Of a stretch of 64,000 nucleotides of DNA, positions 1 to 12,350 are shown piece by piece. Position 1 is the first letter of the stretch. Every line of letters starts with the position of its first letter. A model generated the notes under the pieces. The model did not search any database. It was not told where the DNA came from and saw only the letters and a program-made list of their open reading frames with translations. Source of the DNA: Podarcis pityusensis (Eukaryota); NCBI GenBank assembly GCA_964106645.2, contig OZ067043.1. The stretch is one strand, 5' to 3'. The translations under genes and the position numbers were made by a program.

Positions 1-126
1 GCAGTTGGCTACAGTAACCATGTGACCTTAGCTTACTGTTTATAGAGCCTTAAGAGGCATCCTGAGGAGGAATTCCCTGCCAGTCTCTGATCTTACTGTA
101 ACGCGGGGCATTTGCCAAGTATTGCC

Positions 127-363
127 ATGATGTGTGAGGTAATGCCTACCATCAGCGAGAGTGACCCCTTGGGGTCACAGCCGGGCTCTGATTCTGATGC
201 CAACTTTGAACAGCTGATGGTGAATATGCTTGATGAGAGAGACAAGCTGCTAGAGACTCTTCGGGAAACACGTGAGACTCTGTCTGTGACTCAGGGCCGG
301 CTACAGGAGACCGTGCATGAGAGAGACCAGCTGCAGAGGCAACTGAACTCTGCTTTACCTCAG
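127..363 (+). CDS. PPFIA4: liprin-alpha-4 coding exon 1 (MMCEVMPTIS...SALPQ)
   Basis: GCCATGATG start, liprin MCEVMPTI N-terminus, donor CAG|GTAAGA. A probable acceptor at 44-45 would put the exon start at 46. Confidence 0.95.
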
Positions 364-1724
364 GTAAGATAAATACACAGATTTTGTGGAAACTAAAAGA
401 TGGCAACAGCAGGAAAAGTCATGGGCATGCCAGGACAGAGGGCATGGCTTTCTTAGTCTAATTTGAGAGGATGCGGCTAAAGTTGGACATGAATGTAATG
501 CATAATGCATTGGTTTCTCATCACTGTAGGCACTTGCCAGGGATGGAGTTTTGAAACCTTTTCTTATTTCCTTCTAAATTAACTGCATAGCTGCTTATAG
601 CGGGTACTATATAATACGGCATTTTCTGCTTTAGCAAGGTGTTGGACTAGGTGATCTTTGAGGCCCCTTCCAGCTCTAATTGCAGCAATCACTTTCTCAG
701 TGTTAATACTTTCTTGTTCGCAATATTTCAATAGCATTGACAACAGTGTCTTTCTGGACTGACTGGTACAACTCTGCAGTGGTTTTGCTCTGACTAGGAG
801 ATAGTGCTAGAAGACCACCAGTTGGCTCCACTGAAATTCATCTTGTTGGATGTAATAAGAGTCCAATCCTGCCTTCTAAGAAATGTAACATCCATATGAA
901 ACTTGTGGGTAAGAACATAAGGGAACCAGAGGTGACATATCAGTGATGCCTAACTCTTTTTATCCTTGTCCTCGGATCCAGGTGTGTCTGGATTCTCTGA
1001 GCTGATGTTTGAAGTTGGTGGTGGGCTAGATGAGGTAGAAAAAGCTTAAGTGTAATTAAGATATGATGGGAGCTGATAATGGATGAGCCAGTCAGCCTAG
1101 GAGCAGGTGGGTTGCCTCTTCTGGAGGGGGTTGCAGTTCCCTGTGAATGAGTAGGTTTACAATTTGGAAGTGCTCAATACAGCAATACAGCTATTTTTCC
1201 AGCTGATCGTTTGCTGGAGAAAAACTAGACATTGCTATACATGCTGTAGTAACTTTATGTATACAGTCATAACTTCATATGTCTATCTATCATGATTGCA
1301 GGCAGTTCCAAGCAGGATTTGTGGGGCTCAGGAATTATAGGCCTAGGTCACAAATGGCCATAACTGCACCCATGTCTGATTACGATGGAGCTTAATCTCT
1401 TCACATGTCCAGGAAGGCTGTTCTGAAAGCTTGTGTAAGGAACATAAAATCTGGTTCTTGGGGAATTGGCCAGCTGCCACATGTAAAATACTACATTTAG
1501 CAACTGAATGTTGGTCTTTTTTGTAGCTATTTATTTAAAACTAGAGACTGCCTCAGTGCCCCAGGCTAAATTCCAAGGAAAAAAACTGTTCAGTCATAAT
1601 TGTTTGCAGTTTTATTTCCAGAGTTGTTCTAATTAATTTCTAACACCTTAACTAGTAGTGTGCCAATAACAGATTTCCTCTGATCTTCATAGTTCTTTTA
1701 ATTCTGGTTCTCATTTCTTCCTAA

Positions 1725-1865
1725 GTCAGCTTGTATAGCTCAGTTGTTTAGAGCGTTATGCTGATAATGCCAAGGTTGCAGGTTCAATCCCTGTTTGGGA
1801 CAGCTGCATAGTCCTGCATTGCAGGGGGTTCGACTAAATGATCCAACTCTACAATTCTGTGATTC
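1725..1865 (+). mobile_element. tRNA(Ile)-like-headed SINE with CR1-type 3' tail
   Basis: A box TAGCTCAGTTG, B box GGTTCAATCC, tRNA-Ile-like GCTGATAATGCCAAGGT, tail CCAACTCTACAATTCTGTGATTC. Confidence 0.85.
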
Positions 1866-1978
1866 CCTCCTGACTCAGCTTTCATGGAATTTGATGCAGC
1901 AGTGTGCTACCTGTTGGATGGGGCATGATGTGTATGTACATGTAGTGAAGGTTACTCTGTAACTAATTAAATGAAGCA

Positions 1979-3857
1979 CAGGTAACTTGCATCTTATGCT
2001 TATTATACTGTACTTGAGTACAGCTTTATGCTGAACACCATTAAATGCATGAGGGGTGGGGAGGCAGAGTGAGGAAAAAATGGCCAGCAATCCGTCAGTC
2101 TTTGGGAGAGTGGTTGAGAGAGTAATTGGAGTGTGGAGAGAGAGTGGAGGAGGTGGTTGAAGAGGTTGAAGAGAGATTGGAGGAGGCCAGAGAGACTTGT
2201 GGAGGAGTTTGGAAAGACATTGGGGTAGGTTGGAGTGTGGAGGAGGTACTTGGAGAGAGTTGCAGACTGCAGAACAGCCCCCAAACACAAGGTATCATTG
2301 TCATCAGCTACTGAGAAACCAAAGAAGCAGAGGGTGGCTCCCATGCTGGAAGAGAAAGTGGTTGTGCTGGACTATTTGAAGGATGGCATGCCTATGTGTG
2401 CTGCGGCATGCAAATATGGACAGAACAAGTCCAGCCCCTGTGCCATCAAGGTGTGTGAGAAGGAGATTTGTGGGGAGATTTGTGGCAGCAAGCACACCAC
2501 TAACTGCAAAGGTGAGGAGCCAAGTGTGGGACAAGGCCTTGGTGAAGATGGAGAAGGCATTGAAGCTGTTGCTGGAAGACATGAACTGTAAATGTGTTCC
2601 TGTGGAGGGCAGCATCTTGCTGCAAAAGGCTCTCAGTCTCTATGACCACTTCAAACCTTCCACCACAGTTGTGGAAAGCCAGCCCAGTTTGGCATAACAG
2701 CTTTAAGATCCACTTCAACCTCATGAATGTCCAAATGACAGGGGAAACTTCATCTGCAGACAAGAGGCTACAAAAACATACCACATGCAACTAAAGATGC
2801 TTGCTGTACAGGTCTCCTTCCTGTGGTTTGGCAATCCAACAAAAAGGCCTGGGTGACTTTTCCATAATTTCTGGACTGGAAGGAACTGAGAGAGTCTCAC
2901 CTGGAATTTAAAGTGATGCTGCTTGTGGATACTGCTTCTGGGTAGCCCAAGCCCCTCTGCTTTGCACATAGTGCCCAATACGACTTCCCTCATCGAGCGT
3001 CTGGATCATGGTGTGATTCACTGCTTCAAGGTTGCTTACATGAAGCTCACCTTCTCTTGGATGATCAATGTGATGGATGCTGGAAGTCCTTCAATATTGC
3101 CCATTGCGTCACCTACATCAAACAGACAGTGAATGCAATCAGGGCTGAAACAGTGAATGCATACAGACAGAACATGTATGTGCATGATTTTGAGGGATTT
3201 CCAAGCATTGCCACTGAGCTTGAGGACATTGTGCAGATGGCCAGGCAAGTGGGTGGTGGTAGCTTTGTTGACCATATTTAGGGGAAAAGCTAATTGGAGG
3301 CCAACAGGTATTGACTGTTGAAGAGCTTGAGGAACTGGTCAGATCAAGTTCAGAATGTGAGGATGAGGATGGTGAGCATGAGACAGCAAGCTGGAAGCTG
3401 CATAACTTCTTATAAACTCTTTCAAGAAACAAAGCATGCAAATGATCTGATTCCAGAGTTTGATGCCTCCATGGAATGCAGCCTCAATATCATCCGTGAC
3501 ATTACAGCACTAGGAGACCATAAAAGGAAATGCCTGACAAACCCAAGAAACAACAGTGGCAGTTGCCAATCACCATGTTCCTGATGAAGAAACTACCAGT
3601 AGCAGCATTAGATGAGCCCACACAATCCACTTGTGGTTCTAAACCACAGTCAAGTACTTTTTCTTGTTCGCACTTAATCCCCCAAAGCATCAATCAGCAA
3701 AGAAGAGGAGGAGGGAAACTAAGAGCTGCATTTGTTCCTCATTGGTAAGTGCAGCAATGTTTTTTGAGGTTTCAAGAGGTTGCTCTGGCTTTACACAATT
3801 TTGCTTATACACTAAATGACCAGGAGCATAACCCTTGTGTAAGATGCGAGTTACCTG
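1979..3857 (+). mobile_element. Tigger/pogo-family DNA transposon fossil with disrupted transposase
   Basis: TIRs CAGGTAACTTGCATCTTA / TAAGATGCGAGTTACCTG, TA at the right flank (CA at the left). Frameshifted HTH (KQRVAPMLEEKVVVLDYL), CENP-B-type HTH (KMEKALKLLLED...ILLQKALSLY) and DDE segment (PNTTSLIERLDHGVIHCFK). Confidence 0.88.
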
Positions 3858-4947
3858 TATTACTACCTTTTACGTGAGGGAGAGCCAAATGTGAAGTTCT
3901 AAGCTAGCACATAGCACTGTAGGATATGAAGAATTTACCATCTTTTTGCAGTATGTTTATAAACAGATTGTCAAAAGCAGTGCTACAAACTCTTCCCAGC
4001 ATGGACTTTGTGTGTGCCCTTAGCACAAGTACCTAAACTCATGAAAGTTTTAATAAACCTTTTTGACACAATAATTGTATTCTGTGCAAATTCATAATTA
4101 GCATTTTTTCTACAGGTACTCTAACATTAATACTGTGATGCTATAGAGTGTTTATTCTCATGAAAATCCATCCCTGATAACTGAGGGGAAGCTGAACAGG
4201 TTTGGTACAGTGTTGTGGCGTGGTAGTACCAGCAGGTGGTGCTGAAATCTAGGGAAGACCCATAGCTGGTGCCCAGGGTAATGTTTTATTTATGCTAGCT
4301 TCCACCCCCCCCCCCCGATTCAGGTGGAATCGGAGGTGTTCATTTACAATGCTGCAGGAACTGCTTAATCATGCCTTTGCCTGTTTATTTTCTCCCAAAC
4401 TGTTCCATTCTGTTATGCGTTTTAATAAGTTAGGTACACGCATAATAACATACTATGTGTGTTCTTCGTTTATAAGAGAACTTGGATGCCTCCAGTCACA
4501 ATTCCAAGTATGAGCATTGTATCTTATCAACATCATTCATTGCTTCTTTTGTGCATTCTTTTCAAACCCAAACATTTATTCCTTGCTCACACCATTTACA
4601 GTTGATTCATATTATATCAAGGGCATTAAATACAGATTTACACTTGGAAGACAGTTTATATAGGGAAAAGATACAGTGTTTATACTTGGAAGCTTGACAG
4701 AAGGCATTCAAGTTCTCTTTCAAAGGAACAACATACATACATATGACAATATTTGTCATAGGGAAAAATATGTGTAATAGAGTTCCATGGTGTGGTTAAT
4801 GCCTCTGTCTTAAAGATGGCCTCCCTGGATCAAGAGGTCTTAGAAAATTACTGTCCCCTCTCTAGTATTCCTTTCCTGAGCAAGGTGATTGAGATGGTGG
4901 TGGCAAGCCAGCTGCAGGTACACCTAAAGGAAGCAGATTATCTAAAC

Positions 4948-5216
4948 CAGGGGTTGGCAACCTAAGGCCCATGGGCCACAAGCAGCCCACGGGGGTTGTT
5001 TTACCAGTTCACGAGCTGCCCCTGAACCAAGCCGCCCGCTCAACGAGTCCCCGCGCATTGCACTAAACCGGCACAGTGCAGTGCCACAAATCGCATTGAC
5101 AAGACGCTGGAAAACACGTCTGCGCAGATGCTGGAAATTGTGGGCGTGGGTGCTCATGTGCACCCATGATCCGGACCATGGAGGGATGAGGCCAGAGAAA
5201 ATAGTTTGCTCAATCC
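4948..5216. mobile_element. probable hAT-type non-autonomous element
   Basis: Starts CAGGGGTTGGCAACCT, CpG-rich interior, degenerate right end. Confidence 0.5.
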
Positions 5217-6432
5217 AGCTTCACACGGTACTTAAAAGGTAAGAGAAGACAGAAAGCCCTGTCCTTAATACCTTGTTTTATGATAAATCTTGCAGACTTC
5301 TAGGCTGCGGAAATACTCCAATAATGGGTAACTATTGTGCTATTACATCATCTAGCACAGTAATTTTCGATGTTTACTGTAACAGCCTAGGAAAAGGCAT
5401 ACCTTACCCAACCAAAGATGCTGTGGGTGGAACACATTTTTTATGCTGACAAAGTCCCACTCAGTTTATACTCGATTGAGGGTCCCTGTCGGCAGCTGTC
5501 GGTGGCTGTCAGTGGAGGAGGAGGAACAAGCAGCCTGAAAGCAGCCCTTTTGGGCTGCTCCTTCCTCCTCCTCCTCCACCTTTGCCGCTGTCGGCAGTGG
5601 AGGAAGACTGTATTCTGTCAAACAGGTGGAGGTTGTGAAATTCACCTCAGAGAGGCAGATCTTGCACAGAGCAGGTCTCTGGGGCCATGGCCTTTTCATT
5701 GCCTACCCCATTAGCTGGTAGTTGAAATCCGGGCACCATAATGGGTGTCTCCCATATATTTATTATTTAAACTTCAGTGCTTAGAAGACTTCAAAGGGGA
5801 TATATTTGGTCTACTTCCCATGTTACTCCTCCTGGAGCTGAATCTAGAAGTCATTCATACAAAATCAGAAAGTGGAATTTTTTTTGCAAGTATTTGAGTC
5901 ATACAATGGTGTACTAAGCTGCTCCTGAATTCTGGGCACACCACTATCTGTCTCTCAATGAGATGTGAGTAAGTATTCTACCCTTCCCCACACACATTAT
6001 AATTTTACTCAAAGGATGCATAAAATCCAAGCCAAAGTTTGACATTGGCTTGAATCAAAAGTAATCCATATACCTAGGTTTATTTATGTTTGTTTATTTC
6101 ACAGCTAGATTGCAATAAAACCTCCAAGTGGTTTACAGTAAGAATTATCAGTAAAGAAAATAGTTAAAAACAACTATTTAAAACATTAAAAAAAATTAAA
6201 TTCAATTACGGTATATGCTTAAAAGCCAGGTTAAAGTGCATGTCAACATTTTACATATTGGATAGGTTTGCCTAAACGAAAATGTTTTTAGCAGGCACCA
6301 AAAAGAGTGCAGTGAAGGTTCCTTGCCACTAGGAACAGCTGCAGTTTTAAAGCATTACAAAGATTTTGCACAAAGTCCAGCATTAACTGACGTGGACTTT
6401 TATTGTCTAAAGCAAGTGCAGACAATGTGATA

Positions 6433-6549
6433 CCCTCCTGAAGTTGTTCAACTAGAATTCCCATCAGTCCCAGTCAGCATGGCCAGTGGTGAGGGTTGAT
6501 GAGTGTTGTAGTCCATCAACATCTGGAGAGCATTGTGTTTGGCTACCTG
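6433..6549. mobile_element. palindromic MITE (CCCTCC...CCCATCA...TGATGGGAGTTGTAGTCC...CATCTGGAGGG family)
   Basis: Imperfect hairpin. Related copies at ~14215-14460, ~36770-36880, ~39040-39320 and ~41935-42038. Confidence 0.6.
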
Positions 6550-6680
6550 TGGTCTTAGCATTCTTACTGAAGAAAATTGGTAGGCATGACACTGTAGCAC
6601 TTGGCAGCTTCCAGGCAGGAGGATAATAAGCCAATCCTAAATGTAGTTGTCACTGTCTCCTTGTTTCATGCAGATGATTG

Positions 6681-6683
<3 letters not shown>

Positions 6684-6723
<40 letters not shown>
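6684..6723. repeat. (GT)n microsatellite
   Basis: pure GT run, ~20 units. Confidence 0.97.
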
Positions 6724-6725
<2 letters not shown>

Positions 6726-7099
6726 TGGGGATGGTTGAGTTTACCTTCAGTGAAATGCAGACAAGATTATTTGAAAACAGTGTGAGTGGCTGTTACTAAT
6801 ATTGTGTGTCCAAGGCTCTGAGTCTCATGTGCATATCTCTCAGAACAGAAGAGAGCCCAGGGTTGGGATTAACCTTGGCAGCCATGTTCTGAGGTGATTA
6901 TTTAGCAGGTCAACCATGAACCCCAAACTGAGATGCTAGGCCCTGCAGCATCCTCAGAGGCTAGCAAAGGGTATGACAGCTCACTTTCTGGCTTGTAGTG
7001 AGAAGGGGGAGGACCTGTATTTTTAGAAGGGGGAAAGAAACTAAAATATTTCTTGCATTATAGTACTACCAACCCCAGGGTACTTCACATTCAGCTGAG

Positions 7100-8029
7100 C
7101 AGCGACAGCAGTCTGCAAGAGCTTGGCAAGGGAGGGAGAGCTAAGCACTCAGCCAGACAGGCTGCTTACAAGCCCAGTATGAGCACCTTCTGGCCTTGAC
7201 ACATTTTGGTCTTTCTGCTTCCTCACTGAGCTGAGTGACCTTCTGCCCTTGGCAAATTTCCAGTTGGGTCAGCCAGATCCAATAAATTCCAAGCTGGTCA
7301 AAAGGTACCATGGCCCTAAATGGGCTCTGCCGTAGCTGATTTTCAGGCACACGCCCCTTTGTGGCCTCACATGCTCAGTGCCCACGTCTTGGATTGAGAG
7401 CCACAGCTCTGGTGTCTGCACTCATCCATGTTGAGCAGCTGGGCAGAGAGCATGCCAGGTCAGCCAAGGGAGGGTTACGCCTCTCGGGCTCTGCAGCCGC
7501 TTGGATTAAGGGGCTATGCGGATTTACTCTCTGCTCTTGCTTCAATTCCTCTCCCTCCGACGTTCTGTATAGGGAACATGCAAGCAATGCAGAGCAAACT
7601 AGGTCATTGCAAAGGGACTTTGTGCATCTGTGAGATCCTCTGGGGGAGGCTGCTGGCTCTCCCGGCTCCCAGCTTCTGCTTGTAGCATTTTTGCCTCCCT
7701 TACCAAGTCGCACTGCTGCCTCCCCTGGATCTTGAAAAGGGATGTGATTAGCACAGGCAGCAGATGGGGAATTTCCGTGAGCTCCAAATGGCTCCTCTTG
7801 ACAAGGGCTTCGCTGACACTATTCCAGTGCCCAGTTCTCCTCCTCCTCCCGGACAGACAGATTCTGCAAGAAGCAACTTCCTGCTGGTTTGAACCTCAGG
7901 CACCAGGGTCTGCAGCAGGACATGGAACTTAGGCTGCCTCTACCCTTCATCTCTGGATTTAGTTGCTGTTCTCCCCTCGGCCTGGCAGAGCCATGGATTT
8001 ACAGATCAAGCTGGCTATGATTCCCCAGC
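7100..8029 (+). promoter_or_regulatory. candidate internal promoter / 5'UTR of the alternative first exon
   Basis: GC-richer segment with no repeat that I recognise and some retained CpGs. Contains CCAAT (~7279), a CACACGCCCC KLF/SP-like box (~7348), CAGCTG and GGATTA motifs, directly upstream of the candidate exon. Confidence 0.45.
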
Positions 8030-8101
8030 ATGAATACAGGGAACAAATCCATAACCAGCCATCTGTCCAATGGCATTAATTTCAGCATGTACATGTATCA
8101 G
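8030..8101 (+). CDS. PPFIA4: putative alternative first coding exon (MNTGNKSITSHLSNGINFSMYMYQ), in frame with exon 2
   Basis: ATG to a strong phase-0 donor CAG|GTAAGC, 72 nt. Resembles an alternative PPFIA2 N-terminus recalled from memory. Confidence 0.7.
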
Positions 8102-8362
8102 GTAAGCAGGATACCCCTTGCAGTGTCTGCCCACCATAGCTTTTCACCTTTTCTTGGTAGATGGAAATACTCCAGGCTCTTAAAGCAAGTGTTGAGGCCT
8201 GTCCAAACCTCCACAAGCAGCTGCTTTTCTTCTAGTTCTACTTCTTTCAGGAGTTGTGTTGGCTATAGGCATGAACTTCTGTTCATATTTGTTTCTGTTA
8301 AGAAATGGAGTATCAGTGCCATAGGCTACTCCAAATGTCTTGAGGGGTAGAGGGGGAAAGAG

Positions 8363-8507
8363 CAGTTTTTTCCCCTTTAAAAATGTTTAGGGGTACTCTC
8401 ACTTTCCTATTCATATAGAAATACTGCTCCTCAATAAGGCCAAACTTAGATTCACAAAATGTTTAGGGGTATGTGTCCCCCCATGTCCCCCCAGAAAAGA
8501 AGCACTG
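8363..8507. mobile_element. hAT-type MITE
   Basis: Perfect 8-bp TSD GGAAAGAG on both sides, termini CAGT...ACTG. Confidence 0.8.
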
Positions 8508-9524
8508 GGAAAGAGTATTGGGCACAGTTAGTGCTGTCAGGTGATTCCCCTGACAGATAAGACAAAGAATATTTCCTAGAGAGTTGCGTGGAGCAGAGAT
8601 TTCCTACCAAGCTGAACCCTTATATGAAAAGTTCATTGAGTACAAACAAAAGAGCAGTTGACCTTTGGGAGCTTCTGATTTATAGTGATCTGTTTACCGT
8701 AACATGCTTGAACAACAGAGACCTGCAGGTTTGGAACTTAGAAGTGGGAAACGCCTAAGTATGAACATATAGCCTGTTGGTTTTCCCCTGCTGTTTGAAG
8801 CTACTTTGTGAGCTGCCCACTGTACATCATGGTAAAATGGCTAGTTCTTTGCTCTATTTTGAAGGGTCCATGCGAACTAAGGTCATACTTTCAAAGGGCT
8901 GAAGTTTTTCCTTCCTGGTGGACCATAGGTGATTTACCTTTTTGGGAACTAATTGCCATAGCCCCAAAGGCACTTCCCCAAGCACACTATGAGGGCTGAG
9001 AAATTCCCAGGGAGTCTATAGTCACCAGACTCCTAGAATTTTGATTGGTAGCACCATGGAACTGGACAAAACACATGGCATGCATGTGGGACTGATACCT
9101 AAAAATTCACGCCTATCAAAAAATGTGTGAAATTTTGTTTTCCACCCTCAAACCTGCCTACTCCTTCCTTTCATTTCTGTCTTTATGTATGCATACCTCT
9201 CAGGCAGCCTGTGAACAGACAATACATTTTCCTTCAGGAGCACGACCAGTGTTGCTGCTGCAACGTATTTGTATTTATTTTCCTGTGACCACCCTGGGCA
9301 TCTATTGGATATGCCCAAGAGAAATAATAAAGTCTCTTTACCTGCTCTATATGCTTGACTAGTTTTGGAATTAGGCTGTGATTAGCATCATGGATTGTAC
9401 CTGGCAGTCTCATTTTTATTCTCCCCTGATATCTCTCAGAAAGGTGACTGCATAATGGTCTACCTTACATCTTGTCATTTTCTAGCCCGACCTAGCGGCT
9501 TTCCCCCTGACAGTGGGATTGTAG

Positions 9525-9775
9525 GATTGTAGGAAAAACCAATCTTTTAAAAGGGAATTAGACCAATTCATTTACAATAAAGCTACTAGTCATAGCGGCT
9601 ACAAGCAGCCTTCACAGAGCCAGCAGACATCTGAATACCAGTTGCTGGGGACTAACCATGGAAAAGAACTATTGCCCTTATGTCCTGCTTGTGGTCTTCC
9701 CCTGAGTATCTGGCTGCATAATGTGGGAAGCACAATGCTGGACTAGATAGGCCTTTGGTCTGATCCATCAGGAGA
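9525..9775 (+). mobile_element. old CR1-like LINE 3' fragment
   Basis: AAAAGGGAATTAGACCAATTCAT ... GCTGGACTAGATAGGCCTTTGGTCTGATCCA resembles the end of CR1 ORF2 and its 3'UTR. Confidence 0.5.
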
Positions 9776-10844
9776 TGGGTTCCTTAAGTCCAATACTGAT
9801 TCATTTGGACATTCTTTTTTCTTCTTTAAAATTCTCCTATGTGCACACTGGACTAATTATTATCTGTGATGCAGTTAATAACACTGATTGCTTCTGTATC
9901 TGTTTTGATCCACTATGCCTGGCACAAACAGTTATTCCAATTAGATGCCAAAAATGTGACTTACATCCTAAATGGACCCAATTCATTCTTTGAACTCTGA
10001 GGCAAATCAGTAGGGAAAAGAAGAATTGTCCTTGTATCTGAAAAAAATGTTCCACATTCTCAGTCATTGCTGTGTTTGGCTTTTCCGATATTAAGAAAAT
10101 CACTTTACATAATTGATATGCTCTTAACATTTAAAATCACAAGTTCTTTTGTTTTTGCTCAAACAGTTGAGGTGTGACAGATACCCCTTAGGGTAGCCTG
10201 TGCCATATCCACTTGGGCTTTAAAATTAAACTTGATACCTTCAGCTACACCGGGAAGCAAACGAGAAGCAAGTATAGGTTTTAAATCTCTGATATAAAAT
10301 GCGTCCAAAAATTCATTGCTTTCGAATACTTGAACAATCACATTTGGTGTCTTCTGACGTTTCTCAGTAGTCTTAAGTTTTTAAGAGTTCTTAATTGAGC
10401 CAAGATTAGGCATCCGTGTTTCACTTTCTAATCCATTTATAGGTGTCCCTGCCTAATCTGGAAAGCTTATGGCTATGCAATTTACCATCCAAGGGTTGAG
10501 AGAAAAGGTCTGGTAAGGTCTAATCTAAAATGTCTGTTGGAAAAAGTATAAGCTTATAAGGGATTTCAGTAACTTGAGGATGAAGGACTTGTTAAACTTG
10601 TCCACAAGACAACCATCTTCTAACGTGGTTCCAAAGTGACTAGGCAGCATAGGACTGAAAGGTAGTATTTAGCTTAACATTAGAATTAGAATAAATCTCC
10701 CAAATCTTCATCTAATTGAATGAAAGCTCATGCCATAATAAACCAGTTAATCTCTAAAAGCTGCAGCCTTTTTGTTTTCTTGTTTCTGTGCTAGGCGATT
10801 AGAACATCCTGCCTGAGGATACTGTAGAGACATTCTTCCTCAGT

Positions 10845-12350
10845 GGGATCATTCCATATCAAGTGATCCAACTTTTAAATCTCATGTCATCTAATTTTCT
10901 TAATATTTTGTACATTTGTTGAATGATCAAATCTAAGTTAAAATCTAAAATTTTAATTTTTTATCTCATCCTGTTTTTGAGTTATGAAGGTTTGAAATTT
11001 CAGAAATTTGACAATTTTGGCCTTCCCAGACCTACACAAAAACCTTAAAAGTTTAGCCCAAGATTGAGATATTTCAAGACCTAAAAAACGAATCTTTCAG
11101 AACTTCATGAGCCTAAATATATGTCATATGATGAACTCACTCTAAAATTTAAATTTAAGTTACAAAATTTTAAAGTGATGAAAAAAATTAATATGATTTT
11201 AAAATTCCAAAAAACTTGTACAGTACTGATCATTTAATATTTCTAAGAGCTACCTGCAGAATTTCATCCTGGGATCTCAATGGGATCACGTTACAAAAAA
11301 TAAAATAAAAAATTGTTAATACACGTCTGCCTTATTGGGTTCTATTTAGGATAAATGGGTCTTCTCAAAGAAATATATAACAGAATAAACAAGGCCACAA
11401 CCATAATATTAGTTGCTTCAGGCATTTCATCATAAAGTTATTTAATTAAAAAGTGTCTGAAAAGCTAGTCAGGCTTTTCTTTTAAAAATGTGTTCCAAAG
11501 CTGAGTGATAGCTTGCTATTGCATGATAGAATTAACACTTTGAAAGAATTATTGTTAGTAGTTTATTTCATGAAGCACAACAAAATACATATCAAGCAAA
11601 ATTATGACACAGCTGGAACTGTTTAACTGGTGCTGAGATAACATCTCTTCTATCCAGTTCTTATTTTCAACAAATGAGGAGTACAGAAAAGAAGAAATGT
11701 TCCTGAAAGACGCTTTGAAAGAGTGAAAGTGATCAGGGGAACACAAGGATTTCATTGCTACATTTCATCCAACAGAAATTGTGACCAATGTGTACTCCTT
11801 TAGCAATGAGAGTGAGAAGTTTGACAGTGAAGGAGGTATAAAATCTCTGGATATGACTGAGATAACTGGGTATGTGACCTGTGAATACAATAAAACACGT
11901 TGCTTAACTTAGATGCTGTTGGTGGACTATGAAAGTGAAGAAGCAACTGTGACCTCCTTACACCTGCCAGGGCCAGCATCATCATTTGTTTACCCATCTA
12001 GTCAGGATGTACTTTAGGTAGGGCGAGCACAAGTTCCAACAAGCGTTGAACCAAGGACTGCAACTGGCCGCACTCACACTTTGACAAAAAATGAACGTGC
12101 AACCAATGCTCTTGAAAAGTGTTTGGTGTAAAGTATAAATAATGTTTTCAGCCCCATTTAATATGTAAGAGTCCCTCCCTCTAATTTTGTTTGATATGCA
12201 TTTTGTTGTAGCTCTTATAAACATTAATTAATACATTTTTAAAAATTATATTAATTTTAAAAATCGCCTTCTAAATTTTTAAATTTTGTAACTTACATTT
12301 TATATTTTGAGTAATTCCACCATGTGACAAATCATATTAAGGTCCTAATT
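10845..12350 (+). mobile_element. AT-rich DNA transposon fossil, Sola2-like, with C-terminal transposase remnant at ~11598-12131
   Basis: Left end GGGATCATTCCA. Long inverted repeat ~11110-11210 vs ~12235-12345. Broken peptide ...ELFNWC*DNISSIQF...RFERVKVIRGTQGFHCYI...GYVTCEY...LHLPGPASSFVYP...PRTATGRTHTL. Confidence 0.65.

Noticed and set aside
112-126. N-terminal extension MPSIA in the ORF track
   Set aside because: It starts at TTG. The conserved liprin start is the ATG at 127 in good Kozak context.
1725-1800. Possible tRNA-Ile gene (also at 46168)
   Set aside because: The acceptor stem is degenerate and the sequence runs into a CR1-type tail, so it is a SINE.
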